NCBI RefSeq assembly: GCF_018350175.1
Contig: NC_058368.1
Span: forward strand, 188,792,001-188,856,000
Source of the DNA: Felis catus
Lineage: Eukaryota
DNA: 64,000 nt
Direction of reading: 5' to 3'
Positions 25,900 to 39,147 of the stretch are shown here, one piece after another. Made by a program: the position numbers and the translations under genes. Positions within the stretch are counted from its first letter, which is position 1; every line of letters begins with the position of its first letter. Below the pieces are notes generated by a model. That model searched no databases. It was not told the origin of the DNA and saw nothing but the letters and a program-made list of their open reading frames with translations.

Positions 25900-26290
25900 T
25901 TCAAGTTCAGATATCTAAGCCTTATATCCCTAGCCACAGTTTTCAGATATTTGCAGCTAATTAATTCTTAGGAAATCTAATCTGAATTGAATTAATTTTC
26001 CCTTTTAGGGCACATGAAGCAACTTTTAGGTAAAAAAAAATGAAAACAGCTTTTGTTGCACATAATTTTTGCAGCTAATGAAAAGTAATATTGCTGTTCC
26101 TTTCAAATAATGCAATAACAAAAAACCGAATGAGAGCATTGCTTGGTATTGTTATATTTGCTGTTTAAATAATTTAGCTGCAAAAATCTGAAAGCTGCTT
26201 TAGCTGTAATTAATTATTCATTAATGACATGCTAATTGCACAATACCTTTGAATATTTAACAAAATGCAAAAGCCAGGCTCTGAAGTTAT
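25900..26290. promoter_or_regulatory. Putative conserved non-coding enhancer with internal inverted repeat
   Basis: No recognisable common repeat, dense TAAT/TAATTA cores, three copies of TTTGCAGCTAA. Confidence 0.45.
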
Positions 26291-27707
26291 GTTTTTAGTG
26301 CAAGGGCGGGGGGTGGGGGGGGGAATCCTTTAGTCCATCACTGTATCAGGAGGACAAAAAAAAAAAAGTCTTTTTTCAGATGTGAGGTAAAGTAGTAGTA
26401 GTGGCCTACTTTCCATTCACCATCTCAGTCACCCTTTGTGCAGTGGAATATAATGTCCTTATCTAGACTTAACAATTGACAGGGTGGTAAATCCCTTGAC
26501 TTTTGTCCAAATGATTTCTCTACAAAAATGGGTTAATTATCGCCTTTCCCTAGCTTTTTGACTAACAAAAGGCCCTGGATCTCTTTTTTCCTTTCTTTCC
26601 TATTTACTGTAAGGAGCCCTTTGAAATGTGATAGTTTAATCGGCAACACCTTCTACAGGGGGAATACTGAGAAGCCAGCCTGGCCCTTGCCTGGAGCTCA
26701 GGTTGCTCTGTGAACATTAGCGTGGTTAGGAGATATGACCTTTATTATGCCAAAGCCATCCTGGACTTTCAGGATGAAAAACTCCTGAGTGCTCGGTAGT
26801 CGACTTCGTTTGTTTCTGCTAATAAAAGCTGGCGGGTTTTTAACTGTGTCTTTTAGTGGGTGGGATGACTGAAGGGCAGCAGTGTTGAACCGGCTTAGTT
26901 GTGTTTCATTAATTCCCCCGCAAGGCCAGGAGTTTGCATCTTTCTGCGCCCTGTCTCTGTTTCCAAGCTTCAAAGCTCCTCATTGTCTCTGACCTGTAAG
27001 TCAGGAATAGTCTTGGTAGTGGATAAGCAGGGAACAGGGACTGGCTTTTTCTTTTTATTTGGCATTATCACCATCTTGGTCCCAATCAGAGAATCCCCAG
27101 CCCCTAATTTAGTACAAGGCAGTGAGCTGTGTGGCAGCTTGTCCTTGTGGTTGAGAATATATTTCATGCACTAGGGCCTACTTACTCAGTCATATTTTGC
27201 ATTTGACTCCCATTACTATTAATGGCATTTATGAACGCACATTGGCGGGAAGAAGACCCCATTGAATCTGTGCATTATCAAAGAGATGGGGAATTAGCAT
27301 ACCCTCATGTCTGGTCCATGATGGATTTTACTCTGCCGTGGAAATACTTAGCAATTAAATGAGAAATCACCATTGCGAACATGCACCTGCCAGGAAGAAA
27401 AAAGAATGGAGTAGAGAAGGAGGAGCATCCACTCAAGTTGATGCCAAGTTCCCTCTTTTGCTCTGGCATTCTCTCTTTGGGGAAATGTTACATCTGCCTG
27501 TAGCCATTGTTCAACATGGCAGTATATAATAGAGTCTCTGTTTAGTAAACGCATGGCATCACAGGCCCACCCAGCCAAAAGTGTGTCAGGGTCAAAAGTG
27601 TTTATAATCTATTTGGGAAGTCACAGTTTGCTAAGTGAAAAGTGAAATAATGCAAAAAACAGTGAGTGATTCAGTGCCACACGAATCCAAGAGTTCATGG
27701 ATTGGAA

Positions 27708-27960
27708 AATGGCAAACCATGTACTGGGTTCCAGCCCACAGTCTGATATGCTTTGTTGGCTTTTATTTTTCTTTTTTCAAGTTTGAACTAATATTTAAAA
27801 ATTGGGAGATTTATATAAAAATCCAAATCTCCATCTTCTCTTGAAAAGTCAGAAGGTCTAGCAACATGGGGCTGCCATTCCCACATGGCACCAGTTGCCT
27901 GGAGCTAGGTACCCTGGTCTTGGTCTCCCCAGTTGGATATCACACCTGCCTGCTTTCTAC
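27708..27960. mobile_element. hAT-Charlie DNA transposon fossil (MER102-like)
   Basis: AAAAATTGGGAGATTTATATAAAAATCC...TTCTCTTGAAAAGTCAGAAGGTCTAGCAACA...CATTCCCACATGGCA. Confidence 0.7.
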
Positions 27961-30216
27961 CTCAGGATAGGGGCAGTCAGGGTGGGAGTGACCATGAGTT
28001 AGAGTGGTCCGGAAGGGGACTTTTGGGCAAATTCCACAAAATAAACACTACATACTCCCAGGATATTCAGCCGTGATGAGATTTCAGATAGTTCACATCA
28101 TTCATTGGTAACCTTTTCCTTTCTTGGAGTCAAAGATGTCGTACCTGAAGGTGTCTGCTAGGCCACTGGGAAAATACCTCTACTACTTTCTGCATGGTCC
28201 TTAGGTCAGTACCGATTTCAGCAACATCTGAATTTCTTAAGATATCTTGTATTTTTTTTAAGACATCAAAATAACTTTCATTAAGTATCTTCTCTTTGCA
28301 AGACACTGGCTAGGCACTTTCCATATGAGTCAGCTCCTTTTCAGTTCCATAAAAGCCAGACTACAGCACACGTATTGGACTGTGATAGTGACTGAGTTTT
28401 GTTGGGAAATGACAGTATGAAGAACAGGTTGGGTCTTCTTCATTGGCTACTGACCCTGGGCCGTTAGCTTGCCCTGACCGAGTACCTTGAGTTCATTCAC
28501 TAAGGATTAATGAATCGGGTTGTTACATAAAACTTGCTTCTTCCCAAGTCCTGAAGCAAATAACATCCCAGGGAAGTAGGCAGGAGTGCCAAGAGAAGTC
28601 AGGTTCATGAGTATTAATGACACCTTTGGGTCAGGAGATAGAAAAATATTGGTAAGCATCAATAAAGCATCAGTAATCCATTTCTCCTTAGCTCACTGCC
28701 TTCACGGAAGCTAGCTTGAAGCCTTTCATTTTACTTCTCAGTATTAGGGAAACATCTGTGAACAGGCACCACCATTAAACCACTGAGAATTGCTCAAAAA
28801 TGATACAACATTAATCTGTCATGTGCAAAATACTGCTGTGGGGAGCATGACTTATAAACCATGTGAACTCATGAACCCTTCTTCCTGGAGGTTTGGATTG
28901 AGCTAGGGAATGGTGGTTACCAGAAGAGAACTTGTTCTTAGTGTGAATTCGGGGATAAGTGTTCAACATGTAAGAGCTCAAGCATGAAGATTATTCGTTA
29001 GACATGGGTAGGATGCATTTGAGTTAGAGCACATTAATGGTTGAGAAGACTCTTTCAGTGAAGTTACTGAATTCACACAATGGGGTAAGGCCTGTGTTTG
29101 TTAAGAGGGCCATCTATCGTCTTTTGAATCAAAGTCCTAGATTGGCCAGTCATGTCTAGATTGGGCATGGGTCACTTTTTTGTCTTCCATGAAATTATCT
29201 TACTTGTTGAGATGGCCTGTTTTTGGAGAAGCCTGAACATAATTTCTCTATTGCTATTTGTCTTCTTACTGATGAAAATGTTTTAAAAGAGCGAGAAGGA
29301 TTATAAATTTGCATGCAATCATGGTATAGGATCTATGGTAATATACAAATTAAATCTGTTCAACTGCTTTTGTGGATTAGTTAGAGACAAGTGATTATGT
29401 ATTAGAATATTAATATTCATCAATAAGTTGGGGGAATTGTATAGGATTATAAGGAGAGGAGAAAAAGGTATAAAAGGGCCTGAAGTTACTATTCTCCTGT
29501 ACACACAGATGAAATCACAAATGTCTGGTATAAAAAAGGAGGGGTCTTGAAATCCATTGGCATTTCCAGAAAATATTCCATGACCTACTCCTGTTGCAAA
29601 TGTGCCTTTTACCATTGCGGGGTGATAAAATGCCACGATCCAACTCCAGAGTACAATTAAGGGCTTGTGTGATATAGCAGGCAGCCATTCCGTACTTGAG
29701 AGTTTTCATTGTATAATTAAAATAAACTGAGGGGCAGGAGGCAGGAAATGAAGTGAGGGAGGAAGGTCTGGCTGAAGCATATTCAGACATGACATTTTCT
29801 GATGTCGATAACCATCAAGAGGTTGGCTACTCTGTCCATGAAGACAAGAATGTCACATGTCAGTCAAAGGCAGGACTGCCAGGCAGGGCTTGAGATGGAA
29901 GGAGACCACATAGGGTCCATCTGGCTCTGGCGGAGCTGAGACTGGCCTCCTCTCAGGCTTTAATTGTGCCTTCTTAGTGTCAAGAGTGTCCACATCCAGA
30001 TTTCTGATGAGTACTGATGAATACAGAGAGATAGGTAGTGCAAAATTTGCTCTTCCCTTTCAAGCTGGGATTCTAGGCCATGCTTAATCCCTGTGGAATT
30101 GATAAAAATAACATACCCGAGGAGCAATCTCAGAAAGACTTATATTTTTGAGAACCATTTTAAGCAGTTTTGGCCCTTATTCAGTATACTTGTGTAATGC
30201 CCCTGCTCCAGTGGCA

Positions 30217-30219
<3 letters not shown>

Positions 30220-30247
<28 letters not shown>
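30220..30247. repeat. T28 homopolymer
   Basis: Direct observation. Confidence 0.9.
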
Positions 30248-30253
<6 letters not shown>

Positions 30254-30752
30254 CCAATGTATATTCTTCCATGGGGGTCTTTGTTGCTCTATTTATATCT
30301 TGTAGTAAGCCAGTTTCCTTATCCTTTGGCTAAGCAGAAGCTGCCATTGGTCTGCCCTCAGGCCTCCCCGGATATCACAGAGAGGAGCAGATGTGTGAGA
30401 AGAACCCAGATCACCCTGAGCAAAGACGGGAATGAGGGCTCCACCCTGGGAGAATGCTGGTGATGTTTCACACTGCTCTACAGGCTCCTGCCCTACCCCA
30501 TCACAGGAAAACTGGAATGTCTGCTCCCCATGGCAGCCTGTCTCTTTTGCCTCCTGAATAGTTCTTAGGAAGCACACCCATCCTCTAGAAATGAAGGATT
30601 TATTTCCTTTAAGGATCATTGCACGTTTTTCAGCATATGCTATGATTTTTCATGTTGTAGTTTTAGAGAAAAATAGAGAACTAGTGCTTTATAGGGCACA
30701 GGTTGGATTTTAATGGAGGAAGGATGCTTCATCTATTTAGCAAAGGACATTA

Positions 30753-30954
30753 TTTTTTTAATGTTTATTTTTGAGAGAGAGAGAGACAGAGTGCAAGCAG
30801 GGGAGGGGCAGAGAGGGAGACACAGAATCCGAAGGAGGCTCCAGGCTCTGAGCTGTCAGCACAGAGTCCGATGTAGGGCTCAAACCCACTAACTGTGAGA
30901 TCATGACCTGAGCCGACCTTGGACGCTTAACGGACTGAGCCACCCAGGCGCCCC
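30753..30954 (-). mobile_element. Feline Can-SINE (SINEC_Fc-like), full length
   Basis: GAGACACAGAATCCGAAG...GAGCTGTCAGCACAGAG...GGACGCTTAACGGACTGAGCCACCCAGGCGCCCC. Confidence 0.95.
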
Positions 30955-31829
30955 TAGTGAGGGACTTTTCAAACAAGCTGCTCCACATCTCTATTGTTCA
31001 CCACCACCTCCCACCCCCCCCCCCCATTCCTAATTACAAGGGAGATGATTCCCATTCCAAGTTTGCTTTCATGTGTAGCTTTGCTCTGGCATGGTTACTC
31101 ATCCTTTACAATTTCTATTGGCTACAATTCTTCTGCTTACCCCCTATACTCTAGAGTTGTGGATTGGCACGGCATGGATTAGAAAGGACCTTAATAAGTG
31201 AATGAACTTAAAATCAGTTTTGTCTCTCCTGCTTATACAAATCCATGGCAAGTGGCTGCCTGCAGTGCTTTGTTGAGGAGTATAGGAAGAAGGGAGTGCC
31301 ATGACAAAGCAGTAACATTGTTCCCTGCATAAGAGAGAAGAGAAAAGGTGACTGTCATGTATTTTCTATTGCTGACTTTGTCTAATCTTCTTATTTTCTA
31401 TAGATCACTAGAGAAGTGATTCTAAGTGACTTGATTGACCATGACTTACAGCAGTTGTGCTGTATAGAATATTACAGTGCTTCCCTCTCACCTGCCCTCA
31501 CCCTCTTCCAGGCTCTCCTCTGCTCTCCCTTTCTGTTTCCCATTTCAGCTGAGATTTCAAGGATGGTTCAGAGCTTTCCCAGGCCTATAGGCTGCTACTT
31601 AGAATAGGCATGAACATTCTTTTTGTGTAAAATCCACTCAGCTTGCCTCCCCTGATTAAGCCAGATTAATTCTGGAAGTTAGGTAGGAAGTTTTATATTC
31701 AGATTCTGTAAGGGACCTGTTCTGTTTAGAAGCTTTTTCATAGGGCTTTGGATCTTACCAAGGATGCCACTTACAACACAGAGCACAATGAGAATTAATG
31801 AATTATTTCTATTATTATTTTATAGCTAT

Positions 31830-31962
31830 CTGTACATCTAGATTATAGGCTCCAAAAGAGCAGTTTTGTGGTCTTTCTTCATTTCTGTATTTTTAGAGCC
31901 TAGCATGGAGCCTACATAAGTGAGTACCCAGTAAAGACTTGCTGAATAAATTGAATGAATGG
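31830..31962 (+). mobile_element. LINE-2 3' end
   Basis: CTAGATTATAGGCTCC...GAGCCTAGCA...CAGTAAAGACTTGCTGAATAAATTGAATGAATG. Confidence 0.65.
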
Positions 31963-32072
31963 ACATCAGGAAACTTTTAGAGTCTGGAAGTCAGCCCTGA
32001 GGGATCCCTAAATACTGTCTAGTTAGAATGATGATGGGTCTGCGTGTTGTTTTGGCCACTCTTGGTTTTTCT

Positions 32073-32124
32073 AAAACAAAACAAAACAAAACAAAACAAA
32101 ACAAAACAAAACAAAACAAAACAA
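32073..32124. repeat. (AAAAC)10 microsatellite, followed by a CT-rich tract to ~32278
   Basis: Direct observation. Confidence 0.95.
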
Positions 32125-32601
32125 GACTCTTCTTCCCTCCCTTCCTCCCTCCGTTCTTTCTTTCCTTCCTTGCTCCCTTCCTTCTTTCCTTTCTCCCTCT
32201 TCACATGCTCCCTCCCTCCCTTTCTTTCTCTTTTTCTCCTCTCCCCTTTTCTCCTTCCTCTCCTTCCTCTTCCTTCTTGAAAGATATTCTTGTAAAGCCT
32301 TTTTCCTTGTTTTGCCATTTCTACCATTCTAATTCAGAGACCAGTGGAGTTAACCTTGGATCATCACAGAGGCTTTCTAGTCGGCCACTGCACTCTGCAT
32401 TTCTCCCTTACAATATATCAAACCCCACGGTCTCAGCTTCCTTAGAGGCCTCTTTATCATACCTTCAGGCCTCTTTACCATACCCCTTCAGAAACCTTCA
32501 CTGGTTCCTAGTTTCCTTGGATATGAAATTAGAACACCTGTTTGAAATTCATGATAGCTAGTGGTGAGCAGACCTATGCTCACTGAAGCTTAACCACAAC
32601 T

Positions 32602-32800
32602 CCCACTTACTGAGGGCTTTCCAAGTGTCAAACACTGTGCTAAGTGCTTTTTCCCTGAGGGCTCTAGGTATTGCTTTTATCTCCAATTTACAAATGAAGT
32701 TACTGAGGCTTAAAGAGGTAAAGTAAGTTGACCAAATTTACACAACTAGTCAGTGGTACAGTCTGGGTTTGAACACACATCGTCTGATTCCATAGACAGA
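32602..32800 (-). mobile_element. MIR SINE
   Basis: CACTGTGCTAAGTGCTTT...TTTACAAATGAAGTTACTGAGGCTTAAAGAGGTAAAGTAA. Confidence 0.75.
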
Positions 32801-34129
32801 GCCGTTGATGACTAGTTCCTGATTTTATGTTTGATGTATCCTGTGTGTCACCAGATGGGGGTTTTATAAAATAGTGACACAATGCTAAATTTGGTGATAT
32901 CTAAGGACACTGCTTCACAATGGGAAGAAAACATTTTATGTAGTACCATACATATATTTTATTTTAAGGAACACAGTTTTTCAGAACCATCACCTAAATG
33001 ATCTATGTGTTAATTTCAGAATTTTACCACTTCTTCCTTTCTTGTTTTCAGTATTTGTAGCAAAAAGAATATCCCATGTTTATAAAATGCATCTTTTCTC
33101 TGAGAGTGACATGTTTTTTGTTACTTCAAAAAGTAGTAAAGGAATATCAGCCAGAAACTGTTTATAAATATACCAAGGCTCCCAGACCCTTAGTGTATCT
33201 TAGGATCCTTGGCTGAGTTTGTATCATTGGGTGGCAACCCCTGATGATGTATGTGTGCATATGTGCACAAGTGTGTGTATTTGTGTGCACAGAGTGTGCA
33301 TATGTGTGGGGGAACGGGACAGAAAGACAAAATGAATATTCTCTTCAGCCACTCACAGTATCATTAGGCTTGGACTATAGGTGGTTCTGTTTCACTGGTT
33401 GCTTTGTGTCAGAATAACCAAGAAGAACACCTTAAGAAGTCATTCTCTAAATGAGATTCACTGCATTTGTGTGTGTTCCTGATGCGACCTGTTCAGTCCT
33501 GATTGCATGGATCCAACCCCTCACATTATCATTCTTCCCAAAATGTGTGTTTTAGAATGCGCATCTCTTTCCCTCACAGCAAACCTGAGGATTTGGCGCT
33601 TGAATAGCTTACAAAAAGCCCCAAGTGCCATATGTTCACTGTTTTGTTTTCTGTCCACCCCAATACAGCTGGTTGTAAGCAGCAACAGATGATTGTTTTC
33701 AGTTTTGTCTTTTCTTGAGGCTAAGAGCTTCACCTTAATGATCTTTGAGGTGGTTGACATTTTCAATTAAACTCTGCTCAGTCAGACAGACATAACTTCT
33801 CAGAAGAAACTGTCAGGAGCTACCTCCTGCCTAAATGTTACATGGATAATTATTATAATAATAATTGGTTTCAACTCATCCATAGGCCATCCTTTCATCC
33901 AGAGTGGTTTTATACCTGTGTTGGTCCACAGGGAAGCACCCTTGACTAGGGCTCCACTTCCTGTCAGAGTCCATTTGACCAGTGGGGCGCCGAAGACTAG
34001 CTGTGTGAGAAGGGTTTAATTCATCTTCCACCCTTATAAAAAGGCTAGAAAAAGGGTACCTTGCTAATAAACAGCCTGTCTATCTTCCTTGTCTCCCCAA
34101 GATTATTCCAAGAAAAACAGCAACCAAAT

Positions 34130-34350
34130 CGCAGAGCAAAATGGTTGAGATCCTGGGCTCTGGAATCATACAAACCTCGGTTCAAATCCCAGCTCCATCA
34201 CTTGCCAGATGTCTGGCTTTGGGGAAGTCTTTTGCCTCTCTATGCTTTTTTTTTTTTTTTCCCCTGGGCTTTCACATTGGGCTAATCTTACTTGAACTTC
34301 AGAGGATTAGAGGGAAGTGTATTTGAATGGCCTGGAATCCTGTAGTTATG
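34130..34350 (+). mobile_element. MIR SINE
   Basis: TGGTTGAGATCCTGGGCTCTGGAATCA...GGTTCAAATCCCAGCTCCATCACTT. Confidence 0.7.
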
Positions 34351-35870
34351 CAAACGGCAATTGATGCTGTCCCAGTTATCATTCCTCCCTCAACTTACTC
34401 CCATCTCATGTGGGACCTCTCTTTCTTTGGCAAATCCTCCCCTTTGGGTTTCACCAGGTGTGTAGGCTGACTAAACATCCCAGGCATAGTCTCCAAGTCT
34501 CTCTTCTCCCAGGTGAAGCTATTTGCAGGTGCCATCCCTACATTACCGTTTGGCTGGTTGCTGTGCGGCTCTCTCACCAGCAAAGGTGCAGCTGACAGTA
34601 ATGCTAAATAGAAGTGGGGACAAAGGAAGCCCTCCCAGAATGCATCAGGGCAAGGTCAGGCGCTATAGCCATCCTCCAGGTAAATGAAGCATGAGGGCTA
34701 GAAGTTGGATGGGGACTAAAGAAGCCCCTGGGCAAAGTCCTTAATGAGGAAAGTGATAAGAGGGCTTGCCAACAAATTCTCTGAGACTCTTTCAGAATTC
34801 CAGATTAGAATATTCAGACTTCATAAAGCCAGGGCTTATGTTAACTTGGTTGCTGTGTTCCTATGCAGGATCCTGGGCTCCAAAGCTCTAAGGACAGATT
34901 TCCACTACAACGATTTGTTAGATGATTTCTGAGGCAAGAGGTTGCTCTATAGCCTTCCCCCACCTAGGAGAGAAGACATATTTGACCCTCTAAGAATACT
35001 AACTGCTCACTGGTTGGGAGCTTGGAAAGTAGAAGACTACAGGTTTTCTCACAAATTGTAGCACAAATGTCCACTTCCCACCAAATCACATACCACAGAG
35101 TGAAGTCGGATTGTATCACTCCTTTGTGTATATAATATGGTTGAAGCTTTATATTCTGGTTACTTGTGACCAAGGTAGCTTCCCTAGAATTGAATTTTAG
35201 TTTAATTCTATTATTGAGCCAAAGGTACCGGAGATTTCCAGCTTCTGTGCCTTTGCTTATTCTGGTCTCTCTTTGTGGTACACTCACTTCCCGGGTGTCA
35301 TCTCCACATCTCATGTTCTACGAGCCTCTCCTAGGAAGTCTTCCTAACTCCCTACTCCCAACCCAGCTGGAAATGTGTGTCCTGCCTCTGAATTTCCATA
35401 ACACTATGTCTCACAGCAAATTTAGCTTTGTACCTTAGGGTCAGGTTATTTATGTATGCCTTCTCTCCCTGTCTAGCCTTAAGCCTTTGAGGATTAGTTT
35501 CTAGTTCATCTTTGCGTTCCCCAGAAGACCCAGCCCTTGTCCTGCCCATGTTAAGCACTCAAGTATGCATTGAGTCTGTAAGGAGCATCAGGTGCTCATA
35601 GACCCCATTTAATGTGCTCCCTCTTGATTCATTTATTGCATAAAGGAACACCCTGTGTGCCAGGTTTCAGAGTTCTAGCAGAGAATAAGATGGGCACAGT
35701 TTCTGTATGCCTGTGGACTGGTGAGAAAGTAGAACAAGTAAACACATGTTGTATTAAATGACTTAGTGAAGTCTGGGTTGCCTTAGATGCCAGCCCAGTC
35801 TTTGCCAAATCAGGAAAGACTTACTGAAGCTAACATAAGTCTGTGTCCTGAAGGAAGAGGGGCAGTAGAA

Positions 35871-36225
35871 TATTAGGGACTGAATGTTTGTGTCTCCCCC
35901 AAATTCATATTTTGAAGCCCTAATTGCCCGTGTGATGGTATTAGGAAGTGGGGCCTTTGGGAAGTGATTAGATTTAGATGAAGTCATGAGGGTGAAGCCT
36001 CCATGATGGGATTAGTGCCCTTATAAAAAAGAGAGACCAGACCTTGCTCTCTGTCAGCCATGTGAGGATAAGTAAGAAGGCAACCAGCCAGTCACCAGAA
36101 CCCAACCGTTCTGGCACCCTGATCTTGGACTTCCCAGCTTCCAGAACTGTGAGGAATAAATTTCTTTTGTTTAATCCACCCTAAACTTTGGTATTTTGTA
36201 ATGGCAGCCTGAGCTGGTGAGTACA
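35871..36225 (+). mobile_element. MaLR solo LTR (MLT1A0-like), near full length, inserted into a minus-strand L2 (~35630-36470)
   Basis: GGACTGAATGTTTGTGTCTCCCCCAAATTCATAT...GATGGGATTAGTGCCCTTATAA...GGACTTCCCAGCTTCCAGAACTGTGAGGAATAAATTTC...ACA. Confidence 0.9.
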
Positions 36226-36939
36226 ACGATGAAGATAGGGAGAGCATGAGAATGTTTGGGAGAGAGTGATCAGCAGGGACAGGGTCCTGGAGGAGGAGAG
36301 AATACAAGTTGTTTGGGAAACTCTAAAAGGCACATAATGGTGTGGCAGAGGGGAGGGAAGAGGAAGGGCAGGAAGGGGAAAGGTGAGGCCGCAGAGGTCA
36401 TTGTGGATACTATGGTCCATGTTAGAAATATTGGACTCTCCCATGGAAGAAAATGGAGCCATTTAATCAATTTGGGGACTATATGAAAATATCACAATTT
36501 TTTGTTGGCCATTCAGGATCCTATAATAAGGATAAGGAGTTTCTTTTGATTTCGAAAGGGTGTTACACAAAACAAAATAAAAATATACCAGTTCTAGGAG
36601 CAAAGACTAAGGCACTGGAGCCAGAGTTAAAATTCCTCCTTCAAAGCTGTGTTTTGCCTTAAAGTGTGAACACGCAGGGTCCAATGTGAGATATTATTCT
36701 CACGGCTCTTGCTGGCAGCAAGGAGCCATGGAGGGTCTCTTGAAGTGAATGGGAATGTTTCTTGAGTGGCGTATTGAGAAAGCACAATGGCCAAGGGTGT
36801 GTGTGGGGGGACAATGCTTTAGGCTTTCGCCAGTGGGTGCCTGATGAAATATATCTTGACGTGTCATTGAAGTGCGGAGCCGTGCGGCCCTGTGAGGTCA
36901 CCTGTCCCACCCCCTGTGCAGGCAGATTGTTCCTCACAC

Positions 36940-37355
36940 TCTCTTTCTCAGCTCTTTGTCCAGTGGCTTTATGCACCTCAAGCGATGGGGCTTCCACTGC
37001 CTCCCTTGGGAAGCCATTCCGCACTCGAATTGAGCCCGTGCTTAAGAAGGTTGCCCTGATATTCAGCCCAAGTTTTCCTTTCTGTAATTACATCCCATTC
37101 CTCTCTGCTCTACCCCTTTGCGTGACCCCGAGCAATTCTTTCCCTTCATCGGTGTGCCTACACCCTTGCTCAGGGAGAGCATTTGATCCTCAGGCCTTTT
37201 TGTCCTCCCTGAGCTTTGCTTATTCCTGGCTGGTGCTGCGGGAACCCTTATAAGTAGCTCCCGCTGCTGTTCTCTTTAATCCTCGTGGCTTCCCTTCTTT
37301 GATTTCTGTCCAATTTGCCTATTTCTTTCAGGGGTACTGAAGGGCCCAGAATGAA
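36940..37355 (-). mobile_element. CR1/L3 LINE fossil, ORF2 C-terminus
   Basis: Minus strand gives FWALQY, KEIGKLDRNQRR and RNGM*LQKGKLGLNIRATFLSTGSIRVRNGFPREAVEAPSLEVHK, matching the CR1 ORF2 end pattern. Confidence 0.75.
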
Positions 37356-37844
37356 TCCTAGGCTTCCTAACCATATTATTTATTAATCTTTTATATGGAA
37401 GACCTTCTCAATGATGCTAAGCCAGCTTGGGTGGAAAATAAAAATCTTTTAGAAAGACAGAGCTGATGTAAACCCCGTATGATAGGACTCTGGACACTTC
37501 AGAGAAAAATGAATTTGAATCCAAGGACAATCCCAGCCCCATGCAACCCCAGTCTTCTGATAATCAGGCACGTGCACTTCACTGTACTATTGGGGGCAGA
37601 GGAGGCATAAATTTAGGCCACGGGGAGCAGGTTGACCCTCCTCCATTGGCCTCACTAATCCAGCCTTTCTCCAAGGCCACGCTTTCGGGTTCACTCCCCT
37701 GTGACACTTTTCTTTGATCATCCTCCCCACCCCCACCTTGCTATAGCCAGATAAAAGTCATCTCCCCTTCCTATGAATTTTCATAGCACTTTTGTAGTGC
37801 CTGCGTTTGTGGTACTTCCTGTTCTGTATTTTGTTCGCTCCCCC

Positions 37845-38070
37845 ATTCAGCAAACATTTATCTAGTGCCCATTCTGTTCATGATACTATGATGCACCTTG
37901 GGGTACATGGAAAGGCAATAAGACTAAAACACCAAGACAAAATTCTTGCCCTCAAGGAGTTTCTAGTCCAGAAGAGGAAGCCATGCAAAACCATAGACAG
38001 ATGCTGGAGTGGAAATGTGCTTGGGGGATCGTGGCGCAGGAGTGACTTGGAATAGATCACCATTCCCCTT
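37845..38070 (-). mobile_element. LINE-2 3' fragment
   Basis: CATTCAGCAAACATTTAT...CTTGCCCTCAAGGAGTTTCTAGTCCAG. Confidence 0.65.
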
Positions 38071-38169
38071 GTGGATTGGGAGTTCACGCCTGCTGAAAGT
38101 ATCACTGTCTGATTTGTCTGGGTATGTGGGTGTCCCCCATGATGCCTTCGATGCGGTAGGTGCCCAGGA

Positions 38170-38400
38170 ATATTTGTGTGGAGCAAGTGTATGTGCCAGG
38201 CAGTGTGCTCAGCATTTTATATGTGTGTCTCACTAACTCTTTGCAATAACTTTGGGTACTATTATTATCCCCATTTACTGAGGAGGAAACCCAAGTCTGA
38301 AGGATCTAAAGCAACCTGAGACCTAAAGTCACACAGGTGGTAGGTCGTAGAGCTGAAATTGAACTGGGATGCTTCACCTCATGTCTATTCTCTCATCTGC
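38170..38400 (-). mobile_element. MIR SINE
   Basis: TATGTGCCAGGCAGTGTGCTCAGC...TACTATTATTATCCCCATTTAC...GAGGAAAC. Confidence 0.75.
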
Positions 38401-39112
38401 TGTGCTGTATATATCGACCGTCCATTCATGATCAGCTGGGATGAGAAATGGAGGCTGGAAAGATGGCTCACAAGGTAGCCAATGAAAGACCATTTTCATG
38501 CTATACCCCATGTCACCTTCCCTTTGCTGGTATTGACAAAAGGCAAGAATAGGATCAGTAAAACATTTTGTACTGTCAGACAACCTAGGAGCACACACAG
38601 ATACATTTTTATTATTGGTGGTGCTGGGCAGAGGGTGCAAAATCAGGCTTCTCTCTCTTTGTTTAAGAATCCAGTAGCATCATGTACATTCAGTCACTCC
38701 ATCTACTTGACCACGTCCTACTGGGGGCAGAAGAAAATGGCCATCCAGGCAAAGAGAGCTGAATAAAAATGAAACATGAAACATCTGCATGTTTAGAAAA
38801 CCTCTGAGTATTTGGTGTTATGTTGATATTGTTTCATATATCAGCACATAGTAGGTGTTCATTACACATTTGTTTAAATGAATACATGGCCACCACTCGT
38901 GGGACATTTTATACTTTTGGGGGTGAGAGCAATTTGGTTAAAGTGTACTTTAACCAAAAAATGACTAATTATAGTGATGGAATATGTGATCATTTTCAAC
39001 AGAGTCGTTAAAGGGGAGAAAATAACAGTATAATTTTGCCTTTTTGTGTGTGCTGCCCCCTTCTCTTTTGGGGGGATGGATCTAGTTTTTTTCTGCTTAC
39101 TCTTTCTGTGTA

Positions 39113-39116
<4 letters not shown>

Positions 39117-39145
<29 letters not shown>
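39117..39145. repeat. (TG)n microsatellite
   Basis: Direct observation. Confidence 0.95.

Positions 39146-39147
<2 letters not shown>

Noticed and set aside
32028..32561. Longest ORF (177 aa)
   Set aside because: Open only because of the (AAAAC)n run and the CT-rich low-complexity tract
33975..33992. CTCF-like motif GACCAGTGGGGCGCC
   Set aside because: Two bases shorter than the CTCF core spacing
36762..37253. 163-aa plus-strand ORF
   Set aside because: Largely antisense to the CR1 fossil, non-ATG start, no recognisable domain
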